Positions 36,127 through 48,621 of a DNA stretch of 64,000 nt are shown here, in pieces. The position numbers and the translations under genes are program-made. The notes under the pieces are model-generated. The model searched no databases, was not told where the DNA came from, and worked only from the letters and a program-made list of their open reading frames with translations. This DNA is from Vitrella brassicaformis CCMP3155 (Eukaryota > Protista > Chromerida): the NCBI GenBank assembly GCA_001179505.1, contig CDMY01000571.1:248001-312000 (forward strand), in the 5' to 3' direction. Within the stretch, counting starts at the first letter, position 1, and each line of letters starts with the position of its first letter.

Positions 36127-38538
36127 CTACTGCTCTCCCCCCTGCGGCCCAGTCTCGCTAGTGCTTGAGTGTGTGACCTGTTGGTCACCTCCTTCTTGGC
36201 TTGAATGCACCTCTACTCCTTTGGCACGCAACCTCTCGGCGACCTCGTGCAGTGGCGGCATCTCAGCCTCGCCATCCACCAGCCCCTGGAACATCATGAT
36301 CACTGCACCACCACAAGCGACACAGCCATCACCACACGGCAATAAGACAAACAGTGGCGGATGGATGGATGGACCACGGGCCGTGGCTGCCTGTGACATA
36401 CGTACCTGCGTTCTTGCCAGCTCCCTTCGTGTAGTCGTTTTCTTCCTCCTCCTCCTCGTCAGTGTCTCGTTCGCCGCTGTCCTTGTCAGGCTCCTGTGCG
36501 GGTGTTGGTGCGTTGGGGAGCGGCGCGAGCTCGACTCGGATGGGGAATGCATTCCACATCAACGGCAGCTTGATAAGAGCACCCAACTCCTCCATGATAG
36601 TCGGTAACCAGACGGCGTCATCGGTGAAGTCCGCCATGCGGCTGTAGCCCGTCACTATGCACAGCTGATGGATGCATAGATAGATAGATAGATAGATGGA
36701 TTGACACACACAATAGATAAAGAGGTGACATGGTGCCGAAGGGGGCACGAACCCGTTGCTCCCCTCCCTCCGTCACCTTGTTGTTTTTGAGGAGGTGTGT
36801 GAGAGTCGGCAGCCAGGTGTCGAGTGATCTGTCGATGGACGGGTTGGACAGCAGGCACAAATCCGCACACAGGCCGCCGCCCTCGGCCACATCGTCACCA
36901 TACACCTACACGACACGACACGACACGACACGACACGCACCCAACCGTTTTTCACGGCGGGTCATCACAGCAGCCACCCAGTGTGTCTGTGTCACCTGTG
37001 TGAATTCGTGGTAGAGGCCCCTGAAGTGTCGGCACTCGAGCGTCTGCCCGCTCTCGAGTGTCTTGGGCAGCGGAGGACCGAGCATGCCGTATGTAAGCTC
37101 CTTGCCCCACCTGTCACCCTCACCTAAGAAGCCCACCAGCACCTGCAGGCAGGCGACACAAACGCAGTGAGTACAACATCACACTAGCTGACAGCGCTGC
37201 TCGCCTCGCTCTCTTTCCCCCTCCCGAGCTGACAGACAGCCGTGCTGAATGGGTGACTGACCACGATGAGCTCCTTCAAGCTGGGCACGCGTGTGAGTAT
37301 TGCCGACCACTGGGCCTCGGCCTCATAGTCGCCAGCCACTCCCACCACGTGCATGACCACGCGTGGCTTGGCCAGCTCATTCACCGGTGGCGGATGCAGC
37401 TGGTTGAGGGCGTTCAGCACCGTCAGGGGGTAGGACAGCAGCAAGGGCCGCCTGTCCTTCTTCAGGGCATCCACTGTGTGGCACTGCCGCCACAGCTGGC
37501 TGCTCAGGTCATCGGGGTCGAAGAAGATGTACTTGTCCTCCTCTGCATATGACGAGGACGCGACGGCTGCCTCTGGAGTGCTTTCTTGGCCAGTCTCGAA
37601 GCAGCCCTCCTCGAGGGCCGACCGCATCATGCCGGCGTAGAGTTTGGATGTCTGCTGAGCGGCCCGCCTCTTGTCTGCCTTGACCGTCGCCCGCAGCTGC
37701 TTGGCGGCCGCATTCTCGGGATCGACGCTGAGCAGCCTGTCCACCGTGCTAAGCGACTTGTCCCAATCCTGAGTGGGTGGGACGAAGAAAGAAAGAAAGA
37801 AAGAAAGAAAGACAGACCTACGTTGAGTGGTCGGAGAGCCAGCACTTCTGCCCTGCTGTCTGTGTTTCCCACCCACCCACCCACCTGCATGTGGTGGTAT
37901 GCGAGCGCCAGCCTGTAGAGGGCCTTGACGTTGTCCGGCCGATGATTGAGGACAAACTCACACTGCACCCGTTCCATGCAGCACACAGACACAGACACTA
38001 CTATCTGTCAAACGCATGTGTGTGTTTCCTCGCCTGTGTGACGGTGTTGTCGGGCTCGTCCAGTTTGAGGTAGCCCTGGGCCATGTTGAGGCGGAGTGTC
38101 AGCTGCTCCTCGAAAGAACCACCGCCGCCGCCGCCTGCTTGCTCTTGGTCAAGGCGACTTGCCGCCACGCCGGCCTTCAGAATCTCTTTGAGCGCCAGCT
38201 GCATGGAAGAAACAGACAGCAGACAGACGTCATGCAGTGAATGTAATGGTCTGTGTCTTTGCTTTGCTTGCCTTCCAGAGGTCCACGGCCGCCTTGTACT
38301 CGCCTCGTTTGAAGGCATCATTTCCCGCCTGCTTGACTGCCAGCGGGTTCAACGTGTCGTCTTCGTCATCATCGCCGTCGCTACCCGGGTAGTCGTCGCT
38401 CTCATCATCATCGCCATCTTCGTAGTCTTCCACGTCACCATTCCTCTCGGCTGCCGCCGGTGGAATGGGCGCATTCTCGTTCGTATGGCTGCTGGGGTGG
38501 TCCTGGGGCTGCTCTGTTTCATCATGAGGAAGGCTCAT
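36127..38538 (-). CDS. TPR-repeat protein with acidic N-terminus and an MSS51/ZMYND15-like C-terminal domain
   Basis: KQAGNDAFKRGEYKAAVDLW, LRLNMAQGYLKL, DNVKALYRLALAY, DPENAAAKQL (Hsp90-co-chaperone-type TPRs); then LSYPLT, VMHVVGVAGDYEAE, LCLLSNPSI..TWLPTL (MSS51-like pattern). Confidence 0.75.
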
Positions 38539-38741
38539 CCTCACCCAAGCAGAAGATCTGCGAGCCAAGCGCGCACACAGGATCGCCGAAGAAGCTTCGC
38601 GCGTGATTTCCCCAATGGTTTGGGCCTCGATAGCCACAGACATATTGCATTCATACGGGAGTCGGGAAAACTACTTTGCAAAAGTAGACTGGAACACTCC
38701 GTTAATGCAGTCTGCCACTCCTTAATTAGCTACCAGCTCAT

Positions 38742-38795
38742 TCACACGGAGTGTAGCTCTCGACTGTGCTCCCCTCCCCTGCTCGTCCCGGCCCT

Positions 38796-38826
<31 letters not shown>

Positions 38827-41269
38827 ACACTTATCCGTCGTGTGTGTTTGCGCCTCTCTTCTCGCCGTTTCTTGGCCATCGACCGACACCACAGCCGCAG
38901 CGCAAAGGCACATGCGATGATGCCGCTGCCCAGGCCGACCAGATCGGCGTAGAGGAAACACTTGGACCCCATGCACTCGAGGTTGGCACCCGTGGGGTCA
39001 CTGCCCTGCTGCAGAGAGGGCACCGCCCCGCTGGAGGTGTCGTTGGTGGCTTGGTTGCTCATCTTCTGCATGACCAGGGCGGCCTCCCTGTCGGTCAGGT
39101 TGCTGCTGCTGCTGCCGGCTGCTGCCGGTGCTGCCAGGGATGATGATGCTGGCTCGAGGACGATAGTGTCGCCCTCCAATTTATCAGCGAAGACGTCGTA
39201 GAAGGTCCCGGCAATGAGATTGAAGACAGTGGCGAACAGAGAGAGGAAGGACACCAATGTGCCGAAGAGGAAGCCCAACGAGTTGTTGCCAAAGGTCTCC
39301 TGCACGCGTCAATGGATGGAGCAGCACAACAGAGGATGAATCAATGAGTGGTATGGATGGCTGACGGTGTCGGTGTTGCGTGCCATGCCACACCGTGATA
39401 AACACAGGCGTGTACGAGAAGTTCATGCCATAAACAAGGCCGACCAGCGAGATACATGCGGCCAATGACGAACCTGAACCACATGATGCGAACGCGGATC
39501 GGATCTGTGTCGATGGCTGTGAATGATTTGTTGTGTGTGTGTATCACCTCACTCACCTGGCGGGTCTCTCAAGGCATCCACAACCAGACTTATCTGAGGC
39601 AGGCACCACCGCACACACGCAGAGGCAACAATCCCGGCCGGCTCTCATGTCTTCAGTGACTCTGTCTCTGTCCGTCTCATTCACTTCACTCACTTGTGCG
39701 ATGATGAACAGCACAGAGCCGAGCACGAAATGGAAGGCCGTCACGACAACACTTCGACAGCCGTCCAGCAGCAGGCCGCCGACAAAGCGGCCAGCACAGT
39801 TAAAGTAGCTCAGCAGCTTCACCAGCTCGAACCTGGCGCTCTCGCTGTAGCCGTATGAGTGGGATAATAACGAGGCGTTGCCGATAACCATGGAGCAGCA
39901 GCCCTGCACCACACAGAAGTACGCCCCGAGCATCAGCATGTCAGCAGAAAGCACCATCCGCATTTTGTCGTTGAAGGTTGCAGTATGATGATGCGGCTCC
40001 TGATGTGACGCCGCTCCCTCCGCCCCTTGTTGTTGCTGTGGCCCCTGCTTGATGGCCATCTGAGCATGTGCATGGGCCGCCGTCCCGCCCCCTCTCCGCC
40101 TCGACTCGTCCGCGGCCTCCTCCCCGCCGCCCTTGTCGCCATCTCTGCCCTCGAACATCACTGGGCTGGCCGGGGGAGTGGCACGCAGCCTCGGCCATCC
40201 GACGCGTGTGGGGCTGAGGCCGCCGCCACCACCCCCATCTGCAGCCGTCGGGCTGCCGGCCGGTGGCGTTATCTCGCCAGATGGCAGCTTGTGGTACCGC
40301 CGCATCTTGCCCGTCAGCCACCTGAACACCCTTCCAGCAGCGGTCTTCCCCACCTCATCCCCTGAGTGCCTGTCGGCGCCATTCTGGACAGCTGCGACCG
40401 ATCCGTTGACGGATCCTGCGTCCGTCGAGGTCTCCTCATCGGCGGGTGGCAACGTTACCGAATCAGATGGGGCCACCAATGCCTTGTCGACTGGTGAGGT
40501 CGGCTGTGCAGGGGCAACTAGAGGCCTCTTGCGCAGCAGCAGGGCGCCGGAGAGAGCGGCGCTCCCCAGAAGAGCCGCTAGGCAGTAGAGGAAGGGGATC
40601 AGACGCTGTGGGCCGAAGAAGGTCTCGAACAGCAGTCCGATGAAGGCGGCAGAGAGGCCGTATGCCGAGGCCAATAGACCGACGATCCGCCCCCGATGCT
40701 CTGCGTGGAAGTTGTTGAAATTGGTGAACAGGGCCGAATAATACATGGCGACGGACCCTTGGCCAGCCAGAAAGTAGCAGAAGCCCAGCAGAAGGGCGCT
40801 CGGTGATGAAGACAGGACGTCCAGACAAAGGGCGAAGCCACAGTAACCTGCCACGCACAGGTACCCATGACTCGCCACGAGTGCCTACCATTATGTATGC
40901 ACACCGCTCTCTCACCAGAGAATGCCAGCACCGCGCCAACGAGCGCTGTCAGGTTTGGCCCCGCAGCGTCGTAGAGCATGCCTCCCAATATGCCCAAGTA
41001 CTGACCAGTGGCCCTGCAGGGACAATGCGCACGCACAGGAAACATGTGAAATGCACCCTTAGTGGTTGTAGTGCGTGAAGTGAATCTTGCCCCATGGAGT
41101 AGATCAGTTCAAGGTCTCTCGTGCTGAGGTGGTAATGCCTCTTGAGCTCGAGTGAGAAGACGCCGAAGCCATAGATGCTGCCGCTGCACAAGGACATGCA
41201 CGTGCCGACAACCAGGGACGGCACAGACGGAAGGCATGGCGCAGACGCCTGGCTCTTGAGAGATTTCAT
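38742..41269 (-). CDS. MFS transporter, nodulin-like / Mch1-type
   Basis: ATG 41269; SGSIYGFGVFSLELK, ILGGMLYD, GRIVGLLASAYGLSAA, FNCAGRFVGGLLLD, FGNNSLGFLF, AGTFYD; about 12 hydrophobic segments. Confidence 0.9.
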
Positions 41270-41542
41270 CTCATCACAGGCCGAGCACTCTTAGTTCTGC
41301 ATTGTCCTGCACCGTTCACCCCGAACTTTTTTGCAACGAAGCTCGCACGAGGGGCTCGTAGTGATCGGCGGTGTGATTTGCTGTCCGGGGGGGTCAGATC
41401 TGGCAGCAGAAGGTAACTGCAACAAATCACACACATACTTCACTCGTCCCTGGCTCATTCCTCATCCTCTCTGTCGTGCTTGCGCCGACAGGCCCTGTAC
41501 CCAGGTGCTGAGGTCGCTAGTCAGCTTGTCGTCTCGTCAGTC

Positions 41543-42865
41543 ATGACGGATTCCAGCTCGGGCCTCTCCGCCTTCCCGACTCATGACGGTACCGCGAAGC
41601 TCATCAAGGTTATCCAAGACGGCCCTCTCTCTGGCAAGAAGGTCCGCCGCCTCATCAAGAAGAAAGGGGCTGATGCTGCAGTGCTCGTCGGCCATCTGAG
41701 CCTCATTGAGATTGCCCTCAAGCATCATGGAGAGGGCCCCGTCAGCGACCGCACTCTCCACGCCATCGCAGAGCTGCTGTCGGGCGGCGCTGACCCTGAC
41801 CATGGCCGCGTCGTTTGCAGGGCAGTGCGGTGTCATGACTATGCGCTGGTGGACCTCCTGCTCGACAACCACGCCGATCTGAAGGGGCTGTGTCTGCTGC
41901 ACATGATCGCTGAGAGTGACCACCAACCGGCCGCTGAGAAGCTGCGGCTGGTAAGACAGCTGATCGACCACGACCCGGCCATCGTCAAGGAAGTCGACAC
42001 TCACGGCCGCCATCCCCTCTCGTGCTTCTGCCGCCATCCCCTGCCAGAGGCTTGGCTGCAGGAGGCCCTTCTCGACCTTCACTACCAGAATGGAGCAAAG
42101 ACAGACACCCCAGACAGTGACGGCTACCGGCCGCTGCACCACGCCATGCACACTGGCGACAAGACCACGGTCCGCTGGCTGTGTGGCAAGACCAACGACA
42201 TCGATGCCAGGGCCAGCCGGGTCACCGCCCTCAAGCTGGGTGCACTCAACGGCCTGCCAACGAAGCTCCTGCGTGTGCTGCTGGTCCACGGCGCGTCGCC
42301 ATCCGAGGCCACACTGAGGGCGGGCCGCGCACTCAGGAGCGAGGAGTGGGAGAGGCGGGTCACGAGGGCTTATCTCGATTACCTCAACAAGAACGTGCCC
42401 CGGCTGGTCATCGAAAACATCAACCGCACCCTTCGCGCCCTCCGCTCGCCCTTCGCTTCCCGCGAGTGGCGGCGATCCTTCCCTCGCGCATCCCTGCCAG
42501 CGGAGATGGTCACACACATCCTGCAGTTCGCCGCCCACCCTCGCCCCATCCCCATCGCTGACGAGAGGCTCGCCAGCCGCATCAACACCGCCGTCGGCCA
42601 CTACTGTGCCCTCACCGCCAAGCTGATCGCCAAGAGGGGCAATGGAGAAAACGTCGGTCCGATGCGATGCTTCATGGTTGGCGGTCGCCGTCTGGGTGTG
42701 TGCGAGGTGGTGTCTCGAGCAATCAAGGATGAGGCCCGGCTGTACCAGTGCGATTGGCGGCCCTCCGCATCGACAACGGTCTTCCCGTGGCAGCATTTGG
42801 AGGGGCTGCACCTGTCTGGTGATGATCTGGAGCACGAGATGTTCGAGTCGCTGGGCCTCGAGTGA
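41543..42865 (+). CDS. Intronless 440-aa ankyrin-repeat-like protein, same family as 4995-6776
   Basis: LLSGGADPD, GRHPLSCFC, GYRPLHHAMHTG, VTALKLGALNG, LLVHGASP; C-terminus RINTAVGHY..PMRCF..RLGVCEVVSRAIKDEARLY matches the other copy. Confidence 0.9.
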   Translation: MTDSSSGLSAFPTHDGTAKLIKVIQDGPLSGKKVRRLIKKKGADAAVLVGHLSLIEIALKHHGEGPVSDRTLHAIAELLSGGADPDHGRVVCRAVRCHDYALVDLLLDNHADLKGLCLLHMIAESDHQPAAEKLRLVRQLIDHDPAIVKEVDTHGRHPLSCFCRHPLPEAWLQEALLDLHYQNGAKTDTPDSDGYRPLHHAMHTGDKTTVRWLCGKTNDIDARASRVTALKLGALNGLPTKLLRVLLVHGASPSEATLRAGRALRSEEWERRVTRAYLDYLNKNVPRLVIENINRTLRALRSPFASREWRRSFPRASLPAEMVTHILQFAAHPRPIPIADERLASRINTAVGHYCALTAKLIAKRGNGENVGPMRCFMVGGRRLGVCEVVSRAIKDEARLYQCDWRPSASTTVFPWQHLEGLHLSGDDLEHEMFESLGLE

Positions 42866-43139
42866 GTGATGCGTGTGGGTGTGGTCTGGTGTGGTCAAGA
42901 CTTTATTCGTCGAGCTGCGTGCAGGATGGTCCTCTCTGTACTGAGTTGCTTGTTGCATGATTGCATGATTGATTGGACGTTGGCGATGTGTGCGTGCACT
43001 CGTGCGGTGAGAGAGTGTATTTGCAGGACAGACATGGATGAGATCTATGCATACAGACACTAACTGGGTGCATCAAAAGGCATGCGGGGGCCCCCGAGGG
43101 GCGCGAGCTAGACGGAGGCTACTCTCGAATCTCGCCGAG

Positions 43140-45106
43140 ATGGCGGCACCCGCCCAGCAGCAGGAGCAGGAGCAGGAGGAGCCGCCCAACGTGGCGCGGC
43201 TGGCCTTCAACTGCAAGTGCGAGAGAACCAACCCCGGCGAAAGTGTTAACGTGAGGATAACCAGCCCGGACGACAGAAACCTCTTCCGGGTGAGCTGGGG
43301 AGGGCAGGGAGACCCTCCTTCTGCGTCATGATGGCCATGAGACACGGTTGGTGTGCTCCTGCAGGCTGTGCGGCTCACCACAACTCCTGTGGCGTGGCCC
43401 CAATGGAAGTCAAGTCTGCTTGACTTTGACACTCAGGCAAGCGACAGGAGATGGCCACGTTCGGCTTGGGGCCGGGTTCACAGAAAGGTCTTTGGCCTGG
43501 CTGCAGGATGCCCTCAACCTCAACTACAAGTATTTCTTGCAGAATGACGTGGGGGACCACCGGCGCGAGGAGGTGAGAAGGTCGAGGGACAACCATGCAT
43601 GTCGACAGACAGGCAGTCTTTCTTTCGCCCATCTCTCTGCTCTGTGTGCGCAGGGGGGATTGGACTGGGTTCCCGCGAGAGCACTCAATGAGGTCGGTTT
43701 CTGTTTCTATCAGCTCGATTGTTTGTTCGTTGCGGTCATTGATTCTTTCCATGTGTGTCAGACGGGCGGTAGCGTTCGTGCCGTGTGTCTCGTGCGCGGC
43801 TACAAGACCGTTATGCACGACGTCTGGGGCGACCCTGAAGAGACTCGCGTCGATGTCGTCGAAATGCCCAGAAACGTACGCACCGAGCCACCAAACCAAT
43901 ATGCAACCGCCCATTGCCCCCGCAACCGGAATCGGTGTGTGTCGCCTTCCATACCTGCCTCCCTCCCTCCCTGTGTGTGTGTGTGTGTGTCTGTCTGTGT
44001 CCTGTCTCCATTCTGCTGACTCATTCAGTATGGCCAGCCGCCGCCCCCGCGCCCTGCGCCAGTGCAGGCGGTCCGCGACATACGAGTTCTCAACGAAATC
44101 ATGGCAGATCTACGCAACCACCGAAACAACCAAAACGCCGGGGAAGCCAACCGAGGTGGCGGAGCGCGGGCACTGCTCCAACCTCCCCAGCCACAGCCAC
44201 AGCCGCAGCTGATTCCCCGGCCCCAGCCTGCCGTCGCTGATGCCCCAGCTGCGGCCGCTGCTGCTGCTGCTCCAGCTGCGGCCGCTGCCCGGGATGTTGA
44301 TGCCCGGAATGCTGCAGCCCGGGCTGCCGCTGCCCGGGCTGCTGCTGCCCGGGCTGCTGCTGCCCCGGCCGCTGCTGCCGCTGCCCCGGCTGCTGCTGCC
44401 GCTGCTTCGCCGGCGTCATCCTGCTCGTCGTTTGAATCCGCTGCCTCGTCAAGGCCCTCGTCGGCCACCCACTGCAAGCGGCCCCCTGCTGAGTCAGAGG
44501 AGGCCAAGGGCGCCAAGAAAACCATGAACGAGTCGCCCAGCCGCGGCGAGCTCAGGACGGCCCTGGCGGGGGGCAGTATGCTGGCGCGGGATGTGGTGGA
44601 GGGCCTGCCACTGGAGATCGTCAAGGTGGGTGGATGTGTGGATGTGTTGGTGTCTCCTTAGTAGGTGATGTCTCGCCCATTTTGTGTGGTGCTGGGAATG
44701 AATGGCATATGGATGCAGGAAGTGTTGGCTGAGCGTAACAAGGAGGTGGAGATGCTCAGCACCATCGTGGGCAAGAAGGAGTACGAGCAGTCCAACATGT
44801 GCGTTGTCTGCATGGAAGCACGCAAGGAGGTCGTCCTTCTGCCGGTAGGTACTACACATCGTGCGTGTGCCCTCTTGGCTTTTCTGCGCATAATCGATGT
44901 AGGCCTTTCTGTCCGTTCACCTGCAGTGTCGGCACCAGTGCATCTGCCGGGACTGCGCTAACAAGTTGCGGCAGGGTCCGGCGTCCTGGAAGTGCCCCAT
45001 GTGTCAGCAGATGGCCAACGAGATCATCGTAAGTGAACTCCTCGACGCAGGCGCGAGCCTCCGAAAGCGTTTTCTTTGCTTTTAACAGGTAGTGTTCATC
45101 CCCTGA
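43140..45106 (+). CDS. CBM20-like domain + Ala-rich linker + C3HC4 RING (putative E3 ligase), paralog 1
   Basis: N-terminus ARLAFNCKCERTNPGESVNV..AVRLTT..WPQWK..NYKYFL..LDW; RING CVVC-x11-CRH-x3-CRDC..CPMC; final exon VVFIP* at 45089-45106; one GC-AG intron. Confidence 0.8.
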
Positions 45107-45620
45107 CTGACCGAGCCATCCATCGGCACATACATGGAGCATTCACTATCATACACCACGCAGAGGGAGAGGGGGGCCACTCATTCTGCATGCCTATACT
45201 CGATTTTTAGCCATCAGGTTGCATAACACCAAGATTTTGGCCATACGAGACAATTGGGAGAGGGCAGGGAGGCAGCCTCAGGGGAGGGGAGGGGAGCGAA
45301 GAGTGGGGTGAGGGACACAATGCAGTCGGGAGCACCACAAGGATGCGACTGGTCTCACACTCGTACATGAATGAGTTGGAGGGAGACATCGAGATACTGT
45401 GTAATCAGACTGCCGGTGAGTCTCAAAGATAAAAACGCGCTCGGCAGAAGGTCGACCTGGCGCGAGACGCTCGTCAGCCCTAAGCAGCTGTGTAGCTATA
45501 GGATGCGCTGAGCTCCAGTTGTCCTTGGCCATTTCGGAACGCATGCCATGCTTGGGGGAGGCCCCCACGAAGCGAGCTTCCCACTGGCAGTCTCCGTTTT
45601 TTCGGCCTCTGGACTCAAAG

Positions 45621-47001
45621 ATGGCGGCGCGTATCCAATTCCATTGCTTGTGTGGCATCACCGTGCCTGGGGACATTGTGCACATCACCATCCGCGGCCC
45701 CGACGCTGGACCACTGGAGTATCCGCTGCTGACGGACAACAGGGAGTGGCCCCACTGGAAGACCCTCCCGCTCGAGTTTGTGGTGCGCGGCGCCCTCAGA
45801 CTCACCTACAAGTACTTCATCAAACGAGACGACGGGGGAGGATTCCTCAGAGATGAGGTGAGGAGGGGTGGGGTGGGGTCCAGAGGAACGCCCTCTCTCT
45901 ATGCATGATTGTTGATGCTCCCTACCTCTCCTCTGCGTGTGTGGCCTGTGTGTATGCAGTTTCACTGGGGCAGCCGCTCGGTGACGTTGCTTCAAGGTCA
46001 CGCACACGTCGTTTCCGACTTCTGGGGTGACATCCAGCGCACACGCGTCGAGTGGCAGCGCATGGCACCGGCACCGAACCCTGCACAGGGCCTCCAGCCC
46101 GCATGGGTACACACAGACACACACACAGCCTCGCACTCATTTCAACACATCCTTCCACCCCTCCCTATATCTCTCCCCTTGGCAGCCACCAGCAGCAGCA
46201 GCGGCAGCCCCACAGCAGCCAGCGGTGGGTGGTGCGGGTGGTGCGGTGCTGGCGAATGCCGTGTCTGCCTGCGCGCTGCGGTTGTCCAAGGAGGAGGAGT
46301 TGAAGCAGCAGGTGCGTCGCGCGGCCAGCAACAGCCTGTTGGTGCGAGAGAACCTGGAGGAGATGCCGCTGGAGATGATCCGCGAGTTGATGCACGACAG
46401 GCGGCGTGACCTGGAGTTGCTCGCCGTTATGGTGGGCAAGAAGGAGGCGCAGGAGCAGGAGACATGCATCATCTGCTGCGAGAAGGTCCAATAGCCAGTG
46501 AAGCAAGGCAAAGGAATGTCGATTGCGGAGTATGAGACACGCTGCTGTTGTTCTTCTGTGTTGTGGATTGTGTGTTGGGTGGTTGTAGGAGAAGGAAGTT
46601 GTCTTCATACCGGTACGCACACTTGTTGTGTTGGTGGATAGGCCAGTGGACGGAGGGAGGGAGGGAGACAACACTCGCTGTATCTCTGTGTCTCTGCCTC
46701 CGTTTGTGCCTCTCTGTCTGTCTGTCTATCTGTCTGTCTGTCTCTCTGTCTGTCCGTTTGTCTTCCACATTTGGCCGCACTGCATGCAGTGCCGTCACCA
46801 GTGTATCTGCTCAAGTAGGTGCCGGCCCCTCCAGTGCCAGACCGATGGCTGTCTGTCGACATCACTCCCTTCACCCATGTCTATCCGCTTGTGTGTCTGT
46901 TTGTGTGTGCAGCGTGTTGGCGCAAGCTGCGGGATCGCGGCATCTACAAGTGTCCCATTTGCCAACAAATCCCGGCGCGCATCATCCTGCCCGCCAAGTG
47001 A
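45621..47001 (+). CDS. CBM20-like domain + C3HC4 RING, paralog 2
   Basis: MAARIQFHCLCGITVPGDIVHI..WPHWK..TYKYFIK..FHW; RING CIIC-EKEKEVVFIP-CRHQCIC..C..CPIC; TGA 46999-47001. Confidence 0.8.
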
Positions 47002-47973
47002 CACACCCACCCGTCACCCAACCTACACCTACATTGGCAATCAAACACCATTTTTGCATCGTTCATCGGTTCTGGTCAATGGAGGGTCTGAGTTTCTGTT
47101 CTGTTTTGATCGATCCATGTATGAGTATAAGGCAGTGTGAGGGAGGCAAAGAGGGGGGAGGGGGTGAGGGAGATCGGTAGGACTATTGTTAGGCAGACCC
47201 CGGCACAGCAGAGGGATAGATACCCCGTGACGCGGCGCCGCCGTGTGTGGAGGACACAGACAGGGACACACACACACACATAACACATGGGCTTTTGAAC
47301 GGTTGACGGTGAGACAGAGCGTCAGGGCTTTGTGGTCTAGGAGGGGAGGGCGTGGGTACTCAATTGTCACTCACTGCTCTGTTGTCTGTGGCCGATCATG
47401 TGTGGTCCATCGGTAAGTGAGTCAATGGTGTGGGGCATGGATGGGAAATGGGCGACACGGGGAGGGAGGGAGGGAGGGAGGGGTGAAGTGCTTGATAAAT
47501 CGATGCAGACACACAGATGGACATATCATATGCACACGCGAGGACATCTTTCAAGCAGATGTTAAAGGCAGACGCAAGGACTTAAATGTCCCTCCATGTC
47601 CGTCTCTTGTCTCGTCCCAATACTCATTGCGATGCGAACGCAGGCACAGAGTCGGCGAAAGCCATGTTGCAGTCATACAATGCATGACCTTCATCCAACT
47701 CATGCCCAGCGCATGCACCGCAACAGCAGACAGGAAGATAGCCGCACCCATCGAGTCGAAAACGTATGGCAACACGCCCATTACCGGTGAGTGCATCGGC
47801 ATCATACACACGAACACGCAGATTCACTCACTCACTGGCCCTCACGTCGTCACTACTGTACGTGCACATCAACACGGATATAAAGCGTGGCCAAAACTGC
47901 ATGGGCGCCTGAGTGAATGAATGAATGAATGAAAGGACGGACGGATGGATGGATGGAGAGAGCATGATTGGAT

Positions 47974-48273
47974 NNNNNNNNNNNNNNNNNNNNNNNNNNN
48001 NNNNNNNNNNNNNNNNNNNNNNNNNNNNNNNNNNNNNNNNNNNNNNNNNNNNNNNNNNNNNNNNNNNNNNNNNNNNNNNNNNNNNNNNNNNNNNNNNNNN
48101 NNNNNNNNNNNNNNNNNNNNNNNNNNNNNNNNNNNNNNNNNNNNNNNNNNNNNNNNNNNNNNNNNNNNNNNNNNNNNNNNNNNNNNNNNNNNNNNNNNNN
48201 NNNNNNNNNNNNNNNNNNNNNNNNNNNNNNNNNNNNNNNNNNNNNNNNNNNNNNNNNNNNNNNNNNNNNNNNN
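47974..48273. other. Assembly gap (300 N)
   Basis: Run of N. Confidence 1.
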
Positions 48274-48299
48274 GGGCGATCTTTGCCGGCTTGAAGCGG

Positions 48300-48432
48300 A
48301 TATCTATGTACGTACGTACTTACGTATATATATACGGATACATACGGATACCTACATACATATATGTATATATATATGGACACATAGATATGCAGAGGGC
48401 ATATGTATATGAACGTGTATACGTACGTATAG
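48300..48432. repeat. AT-rich degenerate TA/TACG low-complexity tract beside the gap
   Basis: TATGTACGTACGTACTTACGTATATATATACG.. contrasts with the GC-rich surroundings. Confidence 0.8.
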
Positions 48433-48621
48433 AGACGGACGGACGGAGGGGTATGGAGATAGATATAGAGAGAGGGGTGGAGGGGTATGAAGGCACCGGC
48501 TGAGCCAGCCTAATCTACATGCGCACACCACACAAACGCACATCCCACGCATCCCCCCCCCTCTCTCCCCCCCCCTCTCTGGCTGCGATGCACCTGCTTA
48601 AACGCCCTATCTGTTATGATG

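Noticed and set aside
41537-43060. 507-aa minus-strand ORF, and the similar 352-aa ORF at 4935-5993
   Set aside because: Antisense shadows of GC3-rich ankyrin genes.
47417-47920. ORFs on both strands left of the second gap
   Set aside because: Three competing frames, none recognisable, and context is cut by the gap.
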